Source: Candidatus Uhrbacteria bacterium RIFCSPLOWO2_01_FULL_47_17
GTDB lineage: Bacteria > Patescibacteriota > Patescibacteriia > UBA9934 > GWF2-40-263
Length of the DNA: 64,000 nucleotides
Assembly: GCA_001791305.1 (NCBI GenBank)
Contig: MGEI01000005.1
Coordinates: forward strand, 146,698 to 210,697
Direction of reading: 5' to 3'
Within the stretch, counting starts at the first letter, position 1, and each line of letters starts with the position of its first letter. Under the pieces are notes generated by a model. It saw only the letters and a program-made list of their open reading frames with translations. It made no database searches and was not told where the DNA came from. Positions 1 through 9,336 of this stretch are shown in pieces. The position numbers were made by a program, and so were the translations under genes.

Positions 1-253
1 ACAGGGCGTGTGCATTGTCGCAAACAAAGTGAAGGGAGTGCGCGCCGCGACCGGATTCAACGAAGAAGCCGCTCGTACAACACGCGCCGATGACAACTCG
101 AATGTCTTGTGCTTACCCGCTCGATTCATGGACGTGAAAGACGCCAAAAAAGTCGTCGACGCCTGGCTCGCCACCGACTTCTCCGGCGCGGAAAGACATG
201 TGCGACGTCTTGAAAAAGTGACACAGATTGAGAATGAGGAGTTTGGAATTTAA
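1..253 (+). CDS. rpiB: Ribose-5-phosphate isomerase B (RpiB/LacA/LacB family), 5'-truncated by window edge
   Basis: Motifs ANKVKGVRAA, DNSNVLCL, ERHVRRL; next to rpe and tkt. Confidence 0.9.
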   Translation, partial: QGVCIVANKVKGVRAATGFNEEAARTTRADDNSNVLCLPARFMDVKDAKKVVDAWLATDFSGAERHVRRLEKVTQIENEEFGI

Positions 254-294
254 TTAAAAAAACCACGGGTGTAAAGCCATGGTCAGATTTGAAT

Positions 295-744
295 TCAAGT
301 CTTATCGTCATCGTATACAACATGAGGAACGGATGCAGCCTCGATGGCCCACCCGTCGATCATTTTACGAAAGATTGCTTTTGCTTCATCGAGATCGTAA
401 ATCCAGGCGCCGGAAGAAGGAAGGGTCTCATCGCGCGGTTTGTTCTCACCGGGCATTTCATAAGCCCATCCGCCTTTATGCCGAAACAACGTCCCAAGAG
501 TTTTCCTGTTTTTCACGAGAGAAATCTCATCGTATTCTCCTACAGGCTTTGTCCAGCGCGCGCCCTTGGCGGGTAAATTCTTTTTCACTTTCACCACTCT
601 CTTGCGTGCTCTTTCAAGAGCTTCATCCTCTTTCACACGCATTTTCACAAACTTTTCGCGCAATGCATCGCGCATCTCTGGAGGAGCTTCTTGCAGTACC
701 GCAGCTTCGATTCGGTCATGATATACCCGTGTAGATCCGCCCAT
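295..744 (-). CDS. Hypothetical protein (149 aa)
   Basis: Protein-like ORF filling the gap between rpiB and rpe; no motif recognised. Confidence 0.6.
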   Translation of the reverse strand: MGGSTRVYHDRIEAAVLQEAPPEMRDALREKFVKMRVKEDEALERARKRVVKVKKNLPAKGARWTKPVGEYDEISLVKNRKTLGTLFRHKGGWAYEMPGENKPRDETLPSSGAWIYDLDEAKAIFRKMIDGWAIEAASVPHVVYDDDKT

Positions 745-838
745 TTTACTTTCCTACAACTCATCACACACTTGTAATGAGCAAAAAATCTATCATATTT
801 TCGTCCGCTTGTCAATGATTTATCACCCCTCTGATTCT

Positions 839-1483
839 ATGCCTCAAATCGTCCCCGCATTTCTCGTCGAATCTGAACAACAGTTCGAGAAACAATTACG
901 TGCCGTCGAACACGACTGCTCTTTGATTCAGATCGATATTCTGGACGGTACCCTCTTTCCACACACCTCTTGGTTTGATCCAATCGCAATCGGACAATTG
1001 AAAACATCTGTGGAGATTGAACTACACCTCATGGTCGAGAATCCCATTCCAATCATCGAGGCATTTCAAAAGCATGTTCCAACATTGAAACGCGCGATTG
1101 TAAGTGCAGAAATGCATCGTCCAATAGGCGCGGTAACTTCATACATAAAAGATATTCTGGGTCTCGAGGTAGGCGTCGCCATCAATCCGGAAACACCGAT
1201 AAAAGAGATTGAGGAAGTATTGCACACCATCGATCAACTCACCGTTATGGGCGTTCATCCGGGCTCGATGGGCCAACCCTTTGAAGGTGACGCAATTCTT
1301 GATAAAATAAAACTAACAAAGCATCATAGACCCGATTTGTGTATTGAAATCGACGGTGGTGTTACAGAGCAGCTCATTCCGAGCCTGTTACAGGCAGGGG
1401 TCGATCGGATCGTGAGTGGATCTGTTCTTTTTAAGAGTTCAAATCCAGCCGCAACATTAAAACAATTGAACCAACTCATCTAA
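839..1483 (+). CDS. rpe: Ribulose-phosphate 3-epimerase
   Basis: QIDILDG, ELHLMV, VMGVHPG, IEIDGGV motifs; start placed at MPQIVPA. Confidence 0.9.
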   Translation: MPQIVPAFLVESEQQFEKQLRAVEHDCSLIQIDILDGTLFPHTSWFDPIAIGQLKTSVEIELHLMVENPIPIIEAFQKHVPTLKRAIVSAEMHRPIGAVTSYIKDILGLEVGVAINPETPIKEIEEVLHTIDQLTVMGVHPGSMGQPFEGDAILDKIKLTKHHRPDLCIEIDGGVTEQLIPSLLQAGVDRIVSGSVLFKSSNPAATLKQLNQLI

Positions 1484-1489
1484 CGTACT

Positions 1490-2299
1490 ATGACGAAAGC
1501 GCTTTCTTTCACAAAATATCTGATCGGAATGTTCGGTATCGCCCTTACGTTTTTGATCGTAAACTCGGCACACGCCGCAACAACCATTTCCTTATCGGCC
1601 GTGCAATCAGGTGACCTTATTCGTGGCCAAGCATTTTCTGCGGTGTACTACTACGGACAAGACGGCTTGCGCTATGTCTTTCCAAACGACAAAATTTATT
1701 TCACATGGTACCAAAACTTCAACACAGTAAAATGGATGACGGACGACGACCTTGCAAAAATCCAAATCGGTGGAAACGTTACGTACAAACCTGGTGTGAA
1801 GATGATTAAAATCAACTCTGATCCTCGCGTATACGCTGTTTCAGAAAAAGGTACATTGCGTGAAATCGCCTCAGAAGAAATCGCAAAATCTCTCTACGGA
1901 AGTACATGGAACAAAAAAATCGATGATTTGCCAGATGGATTCTTCAGCAACTACCACTTCGGCGGACGCATTGAACTCGCAACACAATACTCCCCGATCG
2001 CAGAACAAAAGGTCGTTTCCATTAATGACGACAAACTGTTATTCCCTGCAACAATCGTTCGTATTTCAGACGCAGGTTTCTCAACTCCAACCATTCACGT
2101 TCTCTCGGGACGCGCCGTTCGTTTTATCAATGACGGACCATCGCTCCATTCCGCAACGGAATGGGATCGCATCTGGGGATCAGGCACCATGCAAGTTGGC
2201 GACACATACACCAGATACTTTGATGTGAAAGGAACATGGACCTACTACTCCATCTATGATGCAAAATCAAAAATGACCGGTGCAATTATTGTGGAGTAA
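1490..2299 (+). CDS. Secreted protein: CPR-type N-terminal domain plus degenerate cupredoxin-like C-terminus
   Basis: Signal peptide ending AHA; GDLIRG..AVYYYG.DG.RYVFPN domain; C-terminal VRFIND...H and GTWTYY...MTGAIIVE. Confidence 0.7.
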   Translation: MTKALSFTKYLIGMFGIALTFLIVNSAHAATTISLSAVQSGDLIRGQAFSAVYYYGQDGLRYVFPNDKIYFTWYQNFNTVKWMTDDDLAKIQIGGNVTYKPGVKMIKINSDPRVYAVSEKGTLREIASEEIAKSLYGSTWNKKIDDLPDGFFSNYHFGGRIELATQYSPIAEQKVVSINDDKLLFPATIVRISDAGFSTPTIHVLSGRAVRFINDGPSLHSATEWDRIWGSGTMQVGDTYTRYFDVKGTWTYYSIYDAKSKMTGAIIVE

Positions 2300-2334
2300 A
2301 AAGACGCATGTTATACTAAACGCATTCTTAATTC

Positions 2335-2362
2335 GTACGGGAGGGTCGCGACCCTCCCCTAC
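2335..2362. repeat. GTAG-type REP-like palindrome
   Basis: gtacgggagggtcgcgaccctcccctac; related copies at 6328 and 34378. Confidence 0.8.
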
Positions 2363-2374
2363 ATTTATTTCCCT

Positions 2375-3190
2375 ATGACTCAACGTCTTGTTTTGATTAC
2401 TGCGTCCATCATGCTCATGCTTTCTGCCGCGTTTGGAGCCATCATCATGGCACCACCTGCACAAGCCGCATCGTTCACCTCTCTTTCAAACTTGAAATCC
2501 GGAGATCTTATTCGCGGAGAAAGTTTTACCGCGGTGTACTACTATGGTGTTGATGGTTTCCGCTACGTCTTTCCAAACGACAAAGCCTACTTCACCTGGT
2601 ACTCAAATTTTGACACCGTCAAATGGGTCACAGATGCAGATCTGACAACCATTCAAATCGGAGGAAACGTCACATACAAACCAGGCGTGAAGATGATCAA
2701 AATCAATTCAGATCCACGTGTCTACGTCGTAGCAAAGAGCGGACTCATTCGCGCCATTTCCTCTGAAACGGTTGCGAAAGCTCTGTACGGAACAACATGG
2801 AACAAACAAATTGACGACGTTGCAGATGGATTCTTCTCCAACTACAAAATTGGTGGAACGATCGATGACGCCTCCATGTTCAGCCCAACCTCAGAAAAAG
2901 CAGAAGCGGTTGATATCAATTTTGACAAAGGTTTGAAGGCAGCTGTCGTTGTTTCCATCACAGATACTGGATATTCTCCCGCAACTTTGAGCGTAAAAGC
3001 AGGAACCGCGGTCAAATTCGTTAACAACGGAACAACCAAACACACAGCAAGCGATGACGCTGGCGACTGGGGAACAGGAACCTTGAATCCAGGAGAATCA
3101 TTCTCTAAGTATTTCAAGACAGCTGCATCCCTCAACTTCCATGACGTTTACGGTTCTGCAAAAGCAACTCTCACCGTTACCCTTAATTAA
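2375..3190 (+). CDS. Secreted protein, tandem paralog of 1490..2299
   Basis: Near-identical core (IQIGGNVTYKPGVKMIKINSDPRVY); signal peptide ending AQA. Confidence 0.75.
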   Translation: MTQRLVLITASIMLMLSAAFGAIIMAPPAQAASFTSLSNLKSGDLIRGESFTAVYYYGVDGFRYVFPNDKAYFTWYSNFDTVKWVTDADLTTIQIGGNVTYKPGVKMIKINSDPRVYVVAKSGLIRAISSETVAKALYGTTWNKQIDDVADGFFSNYKIGGTIDDASMFSPTSEKAEAVDINFDKGLKAAVVVSITDTGYSPATLSVKAGTAVKFVNNGTTKHTASDDAGDWGTGTLNPGESFSKYFKTAASLNFHDVYGSAKATLTVTLN

Positions 3191-3282
3191 AAGCATCAAA
3201 TTGAAAATCCCAAATTCCAAAATGGAAAATGGGATTTTTTGTTCTTATTTTTGGATTTTGGTACTTCTATTTTGGTGCTTTA
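3190..3282. repeat. Inverted array of degenerate ~7-nt repeats
   Basis: aaagcatcaaat...aaatcccaaattccaaa facing tttggattttgg...tttggtgcttt; same family at 53806..53940. Confidence 0.55.
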
Positions 3283-3300
3283 TGTTACAATATCTCCACT

Positions 3301-4200
3301 ATGTTGAAATTCTCTCTTGGTCCAAAAGTTCGCCAACCTCTTCATCTCCACGATAAAAAACTCAAGGCTCTTGAAAAAAAAGCGAGCGAGATTCGTGAGG
3401 ACTTGATTGAGATGCTTGTCGAAGCAAGATCTGGTCATTCTGCCGGCCCTCTTGGTATGGCGGATATTTTTACAACGCTCTATTTTCACGTCATGGTTCA
3501 CGACCCAAAACACCCAGACTGGAAAGATCGCGATCGCTTGGTTCTCTCAAACGGTCACATCACCCCAATCCGATACGTCACCATGGCGCACGCAGGATAT
3601 TTTCCAAAAAAACTGCTCATGACGCTCCGTAAAATGGGTTCCCCACTTCAAGGACATCCAGAATATGAATGGATGCCCGCGCTTGAGACCACATCCGGTC
3701 CACTCGGCTCTGGATCCTCTCAAGCCGCCGGTATGGCATATGCCGCCCTCATGGATAAATCTCCATGGCGTGTTTATTGTTGCATGTCTGACGGCGAACT
3801 CGAGGAAGGACAGTCTTGGGAAGCAATTCAGTTTGCCGGCGCAAACAAGCTGTACAATCTCACCATGATTATTGATCGCAACAACATTCAGATTGATGGA
3901 CCGACAGAGGAAATCATGCCGCTTGAACCGCTTGCCGCCAAGTTTGAAGCGTTCGGATTGAATGTGATTCGCTGTGCAGGAAATGACATTCGCGATTTTG
4001 TGACGGCCGTCGAGCGAGCACAAGGAGTGTCTGACAAATGTAGTGTGATTATTGCAGACACCATTCCAGGCTACGGAGTGGATTTTATGGAATACGATTT
4101 TCTTTGGCACGGAAAGCCACCAGCAAAAGGGAAAGAAGCAAAAGACGCGTTGAAGGATCTGCGAACGCTCTGGGGAAAAATTCAATCTGAGCACGAATAA
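3301..4200 (+). CDS. tkt: Transketolase, N-terminal (TPP-binding) subunit
   Basis: SGHSAG, DRDRLVLSNGH, LQGHP, SDGELEEG, HGKPP. Confidence 0.93.
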   Translation: MLKFSLGPKVRQPLHLHDKKLKALEKKASEIREDLIEMLVEARSGHSAGPLGMADIFTTLYFHVMVHDPKHPDWKDRDRLVLSNGHITPIRYVTMAHAGYFPKKLLMTLRKMGSPLQGHPEYEWMPALETTSGPLGSGSSQAAGMAYAALMDKSPWRVYCCMSDGELEEGQSWEAIQFAGANKLYNLTMIIDRNNIQIDGPTEEIMPLEPLAAKFEAFGLNVIRCAGNDIRDFVTAVERAQGVSDKCSVIIADTIPGYGVDFMEYDFLWHGKPPAKGKEAKDALKDLRTLWGKIQSEHE

Positions 4201-4201
4201 T

Positions 4202-5341
4202 ATGAGCACAAAGAAAATACAAAAAGGATTAAACCCCGCCATGTTTCTCGCTCGTAACCTGCTCGACACAAAATCCCTCAAGCAAATACCCACTCGAAAT
4301 GGTTATGGTGAAGGCGTGGTCGAGGCTGGTAAGCGCGACAAAAATGTCGTTGTCCTTTGTTGTGATTTAACCGAATCAACCAGATCCGAAGCGTTTAAAA
4401 AAGCGTTCCCAGATCGATTCGTGCAAATGGGCGTTGCGGAACAATCGCTTGCAAGTATCGGTGCCGGAATGGCGATGGCGGGAAAAGTTCCATTCATTTC
4501 GAGCTACGCAACGTTCTCGCCTGGCCGCAACTGGGAACAGATTCGCACAACGATTGCGCTTCAAAACTCAAACGTAAAGATCGCGGGCGCACACTCCGGC
4601 CTCTCGGTGGGCCCCGACGGCGCAACACACCAAATGCTCGAGGATATTATTATCACGCGTGCCATTCCAAACATGGTCGTTGAGGTACCCTGCGACATGA
4701 TCGAAACACGTAAGACAACAATCGCCGGAGCAAAAATGGTCGGGCCATTTTATTTCCGCTTCGCTCGCGCTGCATCACCCGTGTTTACAACCGAGAAAAC
4801 ACCATTCAAACTCGGGCGCGCGGAAGTCTACCGATTCGGAAATGATCTTACTCTCGTTGCCGCCGGCCCCCTCCTCTACGAAGCGCTCCTCGCGGCAGAT
4901 GCGCTTTCGAAGGAGCACGGAATCGAATGTCGTGTGATCAATTCGCACTCAATCAAGCCGTTCGACGAAAAAACGATCATTACTGCTGCAAAAGAAACAG
5001 GTGCGATCGTCACAATCGAAGAAGGACAAGTAAGCGGCGGTCTCGCGGGTGCTGTATGCGAAACACTCGCACTCACAACTCCCGTTCCGGTCGAACGTGT
5101 CGGGACGCAAAACCAGTTCGGCGAATCCGGTGAACCCGCACAAGTCCTTGAAGCCTTCGGTCTCACTGCGCCCTTCATCGCCCTTGCCGCCGTGCGCGTG
5201 CTTGATCGCAAACTCGGGCACCCCGTCACAAAAATCCCCGCACATATCCAAGGAGCCGAAGTGCGCCGCATGATGATGCGAAAAGAAATCTTCGAAGAAG
5301 CCCTTTCGAGAGCCCCAAAAAAATGGGGAGGAAACCATTGA
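4202..5341 (+). CDS. tkt: Transketolase, C-terminal subunit
   Basis: MGVAEQ, GPDGATHQ, SIKPFD, FGESG. Confidence 0.93.
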   Translation: MSTKKIQKGLNPAMFLARNLLDTKSLKQIPTRNGYGEGVVEAGKRDKNVVVLCCDLTESTRSEAFKKAFPDRFVQMGVAEQSLASIGAGMAMAGKVPFISSYATFSPGRNWEQIRTTIALQNSNVKIAGAHSGLSVGPDGATHQMLEDIIITRAIPNMVVEVPCDMIETRKTTIAGAKMVGPFYFRFARAASPVFTTEKTPFKLGRAEVYRFGNDLTLVAAGPLLYEALLAADALSKEHGIECRVINSHSIKPFDEKTIITAAKETGAIVTIEEGQVSGGLAGAVCETLALTTPVPVERVGTQNQFGESGEPAQVLEAFGLTAPFIALAAVRVLDRKLGHPVTKIPAHIQGAEVRRMMMRKEIFEEALSRAPKKWGGNH

Positions 5342-5405
5342 CGATTCAATGGTTTTTTGGTACCTTTTCGCCTTGCACTTCACCGCAAGCAAGGGGCATC
5401 CCCTC

Positions 5406-6284
5406 ATGAAAAACCTCCGAGATGTTCTTTTGATCACGATCGATAATGATGCCGAAGCGCGGCTCATCCTCATGATCGCCACAAAAGCAGGGATGCGCGT
5501 CTATCGCTCTGCACAGCGCCATGGCGCAACACTCGACGAAGAAACAGGAATAGTCGAATTCGCTCAAACAGTGGATCTTCCCTGCATTTGGACAATCGAA
5601 ATGCCGGGTGAGAAAACGGAAGCAATGTTGCGAAGCTCTGGCTTCGACCTCACGATCATCGACCACCACACCTATGGCGATCTCGACCGTGTCCATAACG
5701 CACAGGGCGCGCGCGTGCCGAGTTCACTCGAACAGTTCCTGCAGCATGCAAAAATCACCAAAACAGATCTCGCACGTCTCGGATTCGATCCCCTCCTTGT
5801 GTACGGAATCGGCATCATGGATGATCGCTATGTGGAGGGGTTGCGAAGGGCTGGATATGACAAGCCCATGATCGAAAGCGTCCTTTCCTACCGTGAAGAA
5901 CTCGAACGACAAATCGATCCGCACTATGCGGAACGGCTGAGTGCAGCAGAGCTTGCCTGGAAAAACAGGCAGATTCACAACGGCGTTATTGTCTACGCAA
6001 GTGACAATCAGCTTTCCATCTCACGCCTTGTCAGCACGATCGCCATTCAACACAACGTTGAATCGAAGCCATCGATCATTTTCTGTCGTGGTGGAAAACA
6101 ATTATTCGTCCTGAATATTTTGACCGCGCAAGTTGAGCGTCTGAATCGCGCCTTCCCCGGCCGTTACACCTGGACGTACGGCGGAGGTCACTGCTGGGGA
6201 CTCAATAATGAAAAAAGTCCAAAAAACCTCTGGGTTACGATCGACAGCAAAGACCTCGTAGACCTTCTCACCCAAGCTGAATAA
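5406..6284 (+). CDS. DHH-superfamily phosphoesterase, NrN-like
   Basis: NDAE, IE, IIDHH, PSSLEQ, MDDRYV and C-terminal YGGG motifs. Confidence 0.6.
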   Translation: MKNLRDVLLITIDNDAEARLILMIATKAGMRVYRSAQRHGATLDEETGIVEFAQTVDLPCIWTIEMPGEKTEAMLRSSGFDLTIIDHHTYGDLDRVHNAQGARVPSSLEQFLQHAKITKTDLARLGFDPLLVYGIGIMDDRYVEGLRRAGYDKPMIESVLSYREELERQIDPHYAERLSAAELAWKNRQIHNGVIVYASDNQLSISRLVSTIAIQHNVESKPSIIFCRGGKQLFVLNILTAQVERLNRAFPGRYTWTYGGGHCWGLNNEKSPKNLWVTIDSKDLVDLLTQAE

Positions 6285-6327
6285 GCTTGGTTTTTTTGTG
6301 TTATAATTTGCGCATTGATTCGTATTC

Positions 6328-6355
6328 GTAGGGGAGGCTCGCGAGCCTCCCCTAC
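6328..6355. repeat. GTAG-type REP-like perfect palindrome
   Basis: gtaggggaggctcgcgagcctcccctac. Confidence 0.85.
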
Positions 6356-6369
6356 AAAAAACATTTGAT

Positions 6370-7338
6370 ATGTTCGACATGATTACTATTGGTGACATCA
6401 AACTCGACACGTTTGTCGTCCTAGACGATGCGTCCGTCGACTGCCAACTCAAAATGCCGGAGTGCCAGCTGTGCTTGGAGTACGGCGCAAAAATTACGGT
6501 CGACATTTTGGATTCTCAAATCGCCGGCACCGCTCCAAACGTGGCAGTCGGACTTGCGCGCATGAAACTGAAAACCGCGGTCATGAGTAACATGGGAATT
6601 GACGGCACGCGCCATCTTGCGATGACAAAACTCGCCGAAGAGGGTGTGTCAACAAAGTTCATTCGTACCATCAAAGGCATCCCAAGTGCTTACTCGGTTA
6701 TTTTGATGTTCAAAGGTGATCGTACGGTTCTTGCGTCTCAAACCAAACGTACATACACATTTCCAAAACCGTTTCCAAAATCCAAATGGATTTTTGTGGG
6801 AGAAATGGGACACACGTATGAAAAAATGTTCCGCGAAATTGCAACGTTCATTAAACGCGATCACACCGAACTTGCATTCAATCCCGGAACCGTTCAAATT
6901 CAAGATCATAAAAAAGAACTATTTGATTTGATTCGCGTCACATCTATCTTGTTTGTGAATCTGGAAGAAGCCCAGGCGATTGCCGAAGAAAAAACAAACG
7001 AAATCCACCACCTCGCAACATCGCTCTGGAAACTCGGCGCCAAGCGCGTGGTGATTACGGACGGAAAAAACGGATCGTATGATTTCGATGGACAGACGTT
7101 ATTACACTGTCCGATCTTCCCGGGGAAGCTCGTCGGAACCATTGGCGCGGGTGATGCATTTGCAACCGGATATGTCGGCGCGATCATCAAGAAGACAAAA
7201 ACGAATCCCCTTGTGTGGGGAGCTGTAAACTCCACCTCTGTCGTAGGAAAAGTCGGTCCGCAAGCGGGATTATTGTCGGATGCAAAAATTGTCGCGCATT
7301 TGAAAACGCATAAATCGTTTGCACCAAAAAAAATATAA
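6370..7338 (+). CDS. PfkB-family carbohydrate kinase
   Basis: AGTAPNVAVGLAR, FNPG, TIGAGDAF signature. Confidence 0.9.
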   Translation: MFDMITIGDIKLDTFVVLDDASVDCQLKMPECQLCLEYGAKITVDILDSQIAGTAPNVAVGLARMKLKTAVMSNMGIDGTRHLAMTKLAEEGVSTKFIRTIKGIPSAYSVILMFKGDRTVLASQTKRTYTFPKPFPKSKWIFVGEMGHTYEKMFREIATFIKRDHTELAFNPGTVQIQDHKKELFDLIRVTSILFVNLEEAQAIAEEKTNEIHHLATSLWKLGAKRVVITDGKNGSYDFDGQTLLHCPIFPGKLVGTIGAGDAFATGYVGAIIKKTKTNPLVWGAVNSTSVVGKVGPQAGLLSDAKIVAHLKTHKSFAPKKI

Positions 7339-7339
7339 T

Positions 7340-8263
7340 ATGATCGTCACTCTCTCCTCAATACTCCAAAAAGCTCGCCGCGGACATTATGCCGTGGGGG
7401 CGTTTAATGTGAACAATCTGGAAACGATTCAGGCAGTTATGGATGCGGCGGAAGCGGAACGATCACCGGTTATTTTGCAAACGTCCGAAGGCGCGATTGC
7501 GTATGCGGGGATGGAAGAGCTTGCGGCACTTGTGCATGTGGCGGCAAAAAAATCCAAACGTCCGGTGGTGTTTCATCTGGATCATGGAAAAAATTTTGAT
7601 TTGGTGATGGAAGCGATTGAAAGCGGATGGTACACGTCCGTGATGTTCGACGGGAGCGCACTTTCGTTTGAAGAAAATGTCGCGATGACAAAAAAGATTG
7701 TAGCGTGTGCGCACAAAAGAAAAATCTCGGTCGAAGCCGAGCTTGGGGCAATTGCAGGAATCGAAGATTTTGTGAGTGTCTCAGAAAAAAATGCACATCT
7801 CACCAACCCGGAGCAAGCTCGCACGTTTGTCGCGAAGACCAAATGCGATGCACTCGCGATTGCAATCGGCACACGTCACGGCGCGTTCAAATATGAACAT
7901 GAATCTCAGTTGGATTTTGGACGACTGAAAAAAATTTCCGAATCTGTTTCTGTTCCTCTCGTTCTGCATGGAGCTTCAGGCGTCCCATCACATATCAAAG
8001 CACTCTGTACAAAATACGGCTGTGAAATCGCCTCGGCAAAGGGCGTTTCTGACGCGCATGTAAAAAAAGCCGTTTCGCTCGGCATCTGCAAAGTAAACAT
8101 CGACACAGATTTGCGCATTGCGTTTGATGCGGGTATTCGAAAGTTCTTGCACGATAAACCAGAGGTCATTGATCCGCGAGAAATTCTCGGACCGGCAAAG
8201 GATTTGATCACAAAAGTGGTGAGGCAGAAAATGAAGATGCTAGGGAGTAGCGGAAAAGGCTAG
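7340..8263 (+). CDS. fba: Class II fructose-bisphosphate aldolase
   Basis: AVGAFN, HLDHG, SVMFDGS, VEAELG, GTRHG, LVLHGASG, KVNIDTD. Confidence 0.95.
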   Translation: MIVTLSSILQKARRGHYAVGAFNVNNLETIQAVMDAAEAERSPVILQTSEGAIAYAGMEELAALVHVAAKKSKRPVVFHLDHGKNFDLVMEAIESGWYTSVMFDGSALSFEENVAMTKKIVACAHKRKISVEAELGAIAGIEDFVSVSEKNAHLTNPEQARTFVAKTKCDALAIAIGTRHGAFKYEHESQLDFGRLKKISESVSVPLVLHGASGVPSHIKALCTKYGCEIASAKGVSDAHVKKAVSLGICKVNIDTDLRIAFDAGIRKFLHDKPEVIDPREILGPAKDLITKVVRQKMKMLGSSGKG

Positions 8264-8265
8264 CG

Positions 8266-8398
8266 GGGTTGGCAAAGTTTGCAAGGTTGGCGAAAAAAAC
8301 TTTGGATTATCATCCGGAGTTTTTTGTTTCGTGATATAATTTCATCAATGAATTTTTTTCATGCAAACTTTGCCAACCTTGCAAACCTCGCCAACCCA
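8266..8398. repeat. Inverted pair of 9-nt tandem repeat tracts (ggttggcaa / ttgccaacc)
   Basis: Three units facing four units around a TATAAT-containing spacer; same family at 26866..26960. Confidence 0.75.
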
Positions 8399-8402
8399 AA
8401 TT

Positions 8403-9335
8403 ATGTCCTACGATTTCCTCACCATCGGCGCGGCGACACGGGATATTTTTCTCGTGTCCGATGCGTTTCGTTCTGTTCCCAATAAAACATTCGAAGGTGG
8501 TCATGCAGAATGCGTTCCGCTCGGATCCAAAATCGAGATTCAAACCTTTGTTGCAACAACGGGTGGGGGTGCCACAAATGCCGCTGCAACATTTCGATCT
8601 CTTGGGTTTCGCACCGCGCTTATTTGTCGCATTGGCGATGACTCGATCGGCCGAGATGTCCTCGAAGATCTCAAGCGTTATCGCATCGAATCAAAATACA
8701 TAAACCGCATCAAAGGCGGACAAACCGCCTACTCAACACTCCTCACTATGCCGGAAGGCGAACGAACCGTGCTTGTGTATCGTGGTGTCTCGTCGAAGTT
8801 CACAGATGCGGATATTCACTGGAGTGCGATTCGAAAATCCAAGTGGGTGTATCTCACCTCACTTGGCGGGAACTTTGACCTCTCGAAAAAAATTGTTGCG
8901 TTTGCGCATAAGCATCACATAAAAATCGCTTGGAATCCCGGGGTTGGAGAATTAAAAAAAGGGGTGAAGGCATTTGCATCCCTCTTGCCGTTCGTTGATG
9001 TGTTTATTGTGAACAAAGAGGAAGAAGCGTATGTGAAAAATGTCAGGGCGAGGATCACGCTCGTTACTGATGGATCAAAAGGAACAAACATGTTCCTGGA
9101 AAAAAAACGCATCAAGATCGGCACATCCAGCTCAAAAGGCATCTCGAAGACGGGAGCGGGCGATGCGTTTGGATCCGGATTCGTGGCCGCGCTCATAAAG
9201 TTTAAAGATCCAATCATGGCGGCGCGTATAGGCACCATCAACGCAGAATCTGTGATTCAACATTTAGGAGCAAAAAAAGGCGTGTTGAATGCATGGCCAA
9301 TGGAAGCGAAACTCAAAAAGATAAAAGTCTCGTAA
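8403..9335 (+). CDS. PfkB-family carbohydrate kinase
   Basis: GGGATNAA, WNPG, KTGAGDAFGSG. Confidence 0.9.
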   Translation: MSYDFLTIGAATRDIFLVSDAFRSVPNKTFEGGHAECVPLGSKIEIQTFVATTGGGATNAAATFRSLGFRTALICRIGDDSIGRDVLEDLKRYRIESKYINRIKGGQTAYSTLLTMPEGERTVLVYRGVSSKFTDADIHWSAIRKSKWVYLTSLGGNFDLSKKIVAFAHKHHIKIAWNPGVGELKKGVKAFASLLPFVDVFIVNKEEEAYVKNVRARITLVTDGSKGTNMFLEKKRIKIGTSSSKGISKTGAGDAFGSGFVAALIKFKDPIMAARIGTINAESVIQHLGAKKGVLNAWPMEAKLKKIKVS

Positions 9336-9336
9336 T

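Noticed and set aside
8266-8398. CRISPR array (also considered for 26866 and the collagen repeats)
   Set aside because: Units are short tandem repeats or coding repeats without unique spacers; no cas genes.
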